32,000 bases of DNA from Methylophaga frappieri (GTDB lineage: Bacteria > Pseudomonadota > Gammaproteobacteria > Nitrosococcales > Methylophagaceae): NCBI RefSeq assembly GCF_000260965.1, contig NC_017856.1:930001-962000 (forward strand), given 5' to 3'. Shown piece by piece: positions 29,316 to 32,000 of this stretch. Each line of letters starts with the position of its first letter. Within the stretch, counting starts at the first letter, position 1. The notes under the pieces are model-generated. The model did no database searches. It was not told the origin of the DNA and was given only the letters and a program-made list of their open reading frames with translations. The translations under genes and the position numbers were made by a program.

Positions 29316-30599
29316 ATGGACGAGGCGATCGTTGTCTTCTCTCGAAAAGGGATTTTCCAGACCACGATTGCCGCGCGCGACGTTCGCAGCCGGGAACATG
29401 CGCGCAAGCTGTGGCCCTTGGTGTCTCCAGGCGCAGAGCGCCAGATGGTGACATGGGTCAGCCCCTCCTTTGAAAGCGGGAAGCTGCGTCGGCGATCCCA
29501 TTTCCGCGTACTTCCTGCCCAGCACACCTTTAACCCCAAAGCGCACTTCGACGATGAAGAAGCCAGCCGATGGCGCGCCGTGCAGGAAAGTCCTGAACAC
29601 CGGCGGGCGAAAGAACTTGTCGCGGCCGAACTCTCACGACGTTTGAATGCCGGGCTTGCGATGCCGTGGGCGTTCAAGGATATGGATGCGTCGGACTATC
29701 CGCTGGAAGGCAACTTGTTGCTCGGCGCCGACCAGGTGGCAACCGAGCATCCCCTGGAGACGCCATTCGGCAGCAAATTCCGGCTCGACGTTGCCGTGCT
29801 CGGCCCCCCGGTCCAGGCTGAACCGATGGTGCTGGGCGGCGTTGAAATCGAACTCGGCCACGCCTTCGACGGGCGCAAGGCTCTTATCGGGAAGTCGCTC
29901 GGATTCCCGCTCATCTCCATCGACATCACCGAGATGACGCTGGACGAACTCACGCCCGAGTGGGCACGGCAGGTATTGACTGCGACCACGCGGAGCCACG
30001 AGCAAGGACGCCGGCAGACCTACATCTATCTCCACGACCTGCTGTACCCCCTCTACGCGCAATTGCCGGCGTTTCTGGACGACGAGCAGCGCCATCAGTT
30101 CCTTGTGTTTGCCGACGATGAGACCCTGAACAAGTTGGTGCGCTGGATGAACCTGCTCGCCGAAAAGCTGGAGTACCCGAAGGGTACGGTCGCCGTTGCC
30201 TTGGTCAATGGCAAGAACGAACAGTCGCGCAAGATGCTGGAACGCGCGGGACAAGTCGTTGGCCCCGACTGGAGCGAGTTCAACGGCCAGCGATGCCTAC
30301 GACTGACCCTGCCGCGTCCCAAAGGCCCGGCGGATCTCCAGGCCCATCGCTTCCACATGACGATGGCGCGCATCCTGCTGTCGCACACTGATTCGCTCGT
30401 TGGCTACAAGTATTGCAACGGCGTAGACAACCACCACCCTGAAGAAGACGTGTGGGTTGCGCATCGCTGGATCGCCGACTTGAAAACCCATACCCAGCAT
30501 CGCGTCTTGCCGAAGCGGCTGGCTGAACCGATCAACAGATTGATCGCGGTGGTTTCGGACCTGCATCGCAATCACGCGGCTGCCAGCCAAGAGGCGTGA
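29316..30599 (+). CDS. Hypothetical protein with a CoiA-like PD-(D/E)xK nuclease core and an unassigned C-terminal half
   Basis: Starts 13 nt after the Ymh gene. Residues about 60-200 contain SHF...ESPEHRRAKELVAAEL...EHPLETPFGSKFRLDVAVLG...GGVEIELGH...GFPLISID. This parallels CoiA-family blocks (HFAH, ESxxHxxxKxxL, E...RPDV, IEIQxS, GxPVxWI). Residues about 215-427 are not recognisable. Confidence 0.6.
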   Translation: MDEAIVVFSRKGIFQTTIAARDVRSREHARKLWPLVSPGAERQMVTWVSPSFESGKLRRRSHFRVLPAQHTFNPKAHFDDEEASRWRAVQESPEHRRAKELVAAELSRRLNAGLAMPWAFKDMDASDYPLEGNLLLGADQVATEHPLETPFGSKFRLDVAVLGPPVQAEPMVLGGVEIELGHAFDGRKALIGKSLGFPLISIDITEMTLDELTPEWARQVLTATTRSHEQGRRQTYIYLHDLLYPLYAQLPAFLDDEQRHQFLVFADDETLNKLVRWMNLLAEKLEYPKGTVAVALVNGKNEQSRKMLERAGQVVGPDWSEFNGQRCLRLTLPRPKGPADLQAHRFHMTMARILLSHTDSLVGYKYCNGVDNHHPEEDVWVAHRWIADLKTHTQHRVLPKRLAEPINRLIAVVSDLHRNHAAASQEA

Positions 30600-30676
30600 C
30601 CATCCCCCGTCGGAAGTCAGCCGATAGGCAAGCATTCCTGCGGAGTTACGCGCCTATTTGCAAAGAGCATTGAATC

Positions 30677-31465
30677 TCAGTCCGTAGTCGGTTTTGAGGC
30701 TCTTTTCCGCGGGGCCGAAGAAGGCAAAGACGGCAAGCACTCAAACAAGCGTTCTGCATAGACGAACCCCATCCGTCTGACCGCGCCCTGATCGAAATAC
30801 AGCAGCCAAGCGGCAAGTAATGCCAGCGAAATGAGCAGTGTCAAGCCTGCGGCAAGCCCCGGATCGGCAAGGTGCTCTAGGTTAAAATGAGGAGGTACTA
30901 CCTGCAGAATCTTTGCAATCAGCAATCCGTAGACGATGCCCAGGAGGCACGACACGATGCCGGCAGGCTTCATTGCCAGCATATTGCGGTGAAATCCGTA
31001 GGCGATGTTCTCTTTCAGCAAGAGCTGCTTGTTGGAACGCGTGAGTTCGCGAAGCCGCTTTGTGGCGCCAACGTAGATGTCGTCTGCCTTGTCAGGGCTT
31101 GCTGATTCTTCTTCTGCCGTTGGCATGGCGATGCCCAGCTTGGCCGTGATCGCCGTGTGGTAGCGCTGCTTGCTGACACCATCGAGAAACTTGTCGCGAT
31201 GGCGTAACGCGATGGTTGTCGGCATACCGCCCCACCTTGCAACCAGGATCTCTTCAAGCTTCTTCCCGCGCCCGCGAGCTACGCTCGCAAGCGCATAAAT
31301 GGCACCGCAGCCACCAAGCAAGCCGATCACGCCTGTAAGTACCGGGTGCTTTGCGCCGTAGACGCACAACAAAGGAACGAGCAGCGGTAACGCTACAAGA
31401 AGTCCTGGGATTACGCGCGCCTTGCGCTCATAGGGGTCTTTGACCAGTTCAAAAATAGTTGTCAT
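30677..31465 (-). CDS. 4-TM membrane protein of unknown family (candidate effector downstream of the WYL regulator)
   Basis: 262 aa. TM pairs lie at about residues 17-62 (VIPGLLVALPLLVPLLCVYG / VLTGVIGLLGGCGAIYALASV) and about 166-225 (AGIVSCLLGIVYGLLIAKIL / AAGLTLLISLALLAAWLLYF), flanking a soluble helical region of about 100 aa. The start lies 6 nt after the WYL gene stop. Confidence 0.65.
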   Translation of the reverse strand: MTTIFELVKDPYERKARVIPGLLVALPLLVPLLCVYGAKHPVLTGVIGLLGGCGAIYALASVARGRGKKLEEILVARWGGMPTTIALRHRDKFLDGVSKQRYHTAITAKLGIAMPTAEEESASPDKADDIYVGATKRLRELTRSNKQLLLKENIAYGFHRNMLAMKPAGIVSCLLGIVYGLLIAKILQVVPPHFNLEHLADPGLAAGLTLLISLALLAAWLLYFDQGAVRRMGFVYAERLFECLPSLPSSAPRKRASKPTTD

Positions 31466-31471
31466 GGGCGT

Positions 31472-32000
31472 TCAGCTTTGGGCCGACAAGGCATCAATAT
31501 AGGGTTGAATTTCATCGCGGTTCTTTAAAGTGATCTGCTGCGCGAGAGGGTCGGGTGCTTCCTTGGTATGCAAGCCCAAACGCCTCAGCGTGTAATACAA
31601 AAACGCTTGGCGGCATGGAAGTTTGACCTGTCCGTCTTCCATTCCATAGTCCAACTCCAGGACTCGTTTCTTGGCAGCGGGCAAATCGGGGTGCGGTGCA
31701 AGCACCAGCGTCAAGAGAGTTTGCCAGTGCGAATCTTGGCTGGCGTCCACTTGGCTCGCTTCGAAGCCGTCGATGCGCAGGATTCGGGCGAGGACGAAAT
31801 CACTGAAGCGCTGGCGTTTGTGGCAAAACGCGCGCATGTGCCAGCGAAAACCGTCATTACCAAGGGCGTGGGGAGACAGCAGACGAACCGATTCGTCCAT
31901 GGACGTCATGGACTGGTAGCTCACCCAAATGGCTTCCTGCTGCCGAATTGCCCGGACCACTGCTTCGACGGTCTGTTCATTGATCGTGCGCCAGGGGGAC
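31472..32000 (-). CDS. WYL-domain transcriptional regulator (BrxR/CapW/PafBC-like), 5' end outside the window
   Basis: The frame is open to the window edge (SPWRTINEQTVEAVVRAIRQQEAIWVSYQSM...). WYL-domain pattern: IWVSYQSMTS...RLLSPHALGNDGFRWHMRAFCHKRQRFSDFVLARI. This is followed by a C-terminal extension (WCX-like). The N-terminal HTH is presumably beyond 32000. Confidence 0.75.
   Translation of the reverse strand, partial: SPWRTINEQTVEAVVRAIRQQEAIWVSYQSMTSMDESVRLLSPHALGNDGFRWHMRAFCHKRQRFSDFVLARILRIDGFEASQVDASQDSHWQTLLTLVLAPHPDLPAAKKRVLELDYGMEDGQVKLPCRQAFLYYTLRRLGLHTKEAPDPLAQQITLKNRDEIQPYIDALSAQS

Larger units (their letters stand above)
26280..32000. mobile_element. Left end of an integrase-bounded, high-GC genomic island (right end outside the window)
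   Basis: G+C rises abruptly right after the terminator at 26276. Long ORFs appear on both strands, which is high-GC shadowing. The first gene is a tyrosine integrase, and the cargo consists of TA and defence-like genes. Confidence 0.8.

Noticed and set aside
28511-29677. Minus-strand ORFs (28511..29074, 28960..29232, 29097..29600, 29282..29677) antisense to the Ymh and CoiA-like genes.
   Set aside because: These are high-GC shadow ORFs with no RBS or motifs. They overlap each other and the better-supported plus-strand genes.
29634-30635. Minus-strand ORFs 29634..30254 (206 aa), 30095..30388 and 30297..30635, plus plus-strand ORF 29647..29937, all inside the 427-aa gene.
   Set aside because: Same reasoning: compositional artefacts. 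The plus-strand 29316..30599 frame is the only one uninterrupted across the whole interval and shows nuclease-like motifs.
30600-30676. Looked for a terminator in the 77-nt gap between the convergent 427-aa gene and the membrane-protein gene.
   Set aside because: Only a weak 6-bp stem (ataggc...gcctat) with a 22-nt loop and no U-tract is present. That is not enough to call a terminator.

Overview
The window has two parts. Family calls come from reading the translated ORFs and recognising motifs; no database search was run.

**Part 1, about 1-26,276: core chromosome.** This looks like a moderately low-GC gammaproteobacterium (possibly Methylophaga/Thiotrichales-like; not verifiable here). It is densely packed with housekeeping genes in classical arrangements:
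- dolP/yraP-like (5' partial), hemJ, a PilZ protein
- radA-alr-dnaB
- rplI-DUF2232-rpsR-rpsF, with no priB
- rlmB, an OmpA-type lipoprotein, moaB, a glutaredoxin-like protein, an alpha/beta hydrolase, rnd, a PfkB kinase
- pgpA-thiL-nusB-ribH, apaH, DUF3465, a deoxyinosine glycosylase, katG
- a sulfate-assimilation operon tauE-tusA-like-cysH-cysD-cysN with a nearby cysB-like LysR regulator 528 bp upstream on the opposite strand (a small ORF lies between)
- a secreted SRPBCC protein

**Part 2, about 26,280 to the window end: left end of an island.** Composition jumps sharply. Spot counts of single 60-nt lines give about 63% G+C here versus 50% or less before. Long antisense shadow ORFs also appear. 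This region is the left end of an integrase-bounded genomic island, and its right end lies outside the window. The island carries:
- a DUF4102/P4-type tyrosine integrase
- a RelE/HigB-like toxin with an overlapping XRE-HTH (NadS-like) antitoxin
- a tightly coupled pair: a TIGR02391/Ymh-family protein and a 427-aa protein with a CoiA-like PD-(D/E)xK nuclease core plus an unrecognisable C-terminal half
- a convergent operon: a WYL-domain (BrxR/CapW-like) regulator (5' end off-window) followed 6 nt later by a 4-TM membrane protein of unknown family

The Ymh + CoiA-like nuclease pair and the WYL + membrane-protein pair are the best candidates for undescribed phage-defence / abortive-infection type systems.

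No rRNA, tRNA, CRISPR array or IS element was seen.
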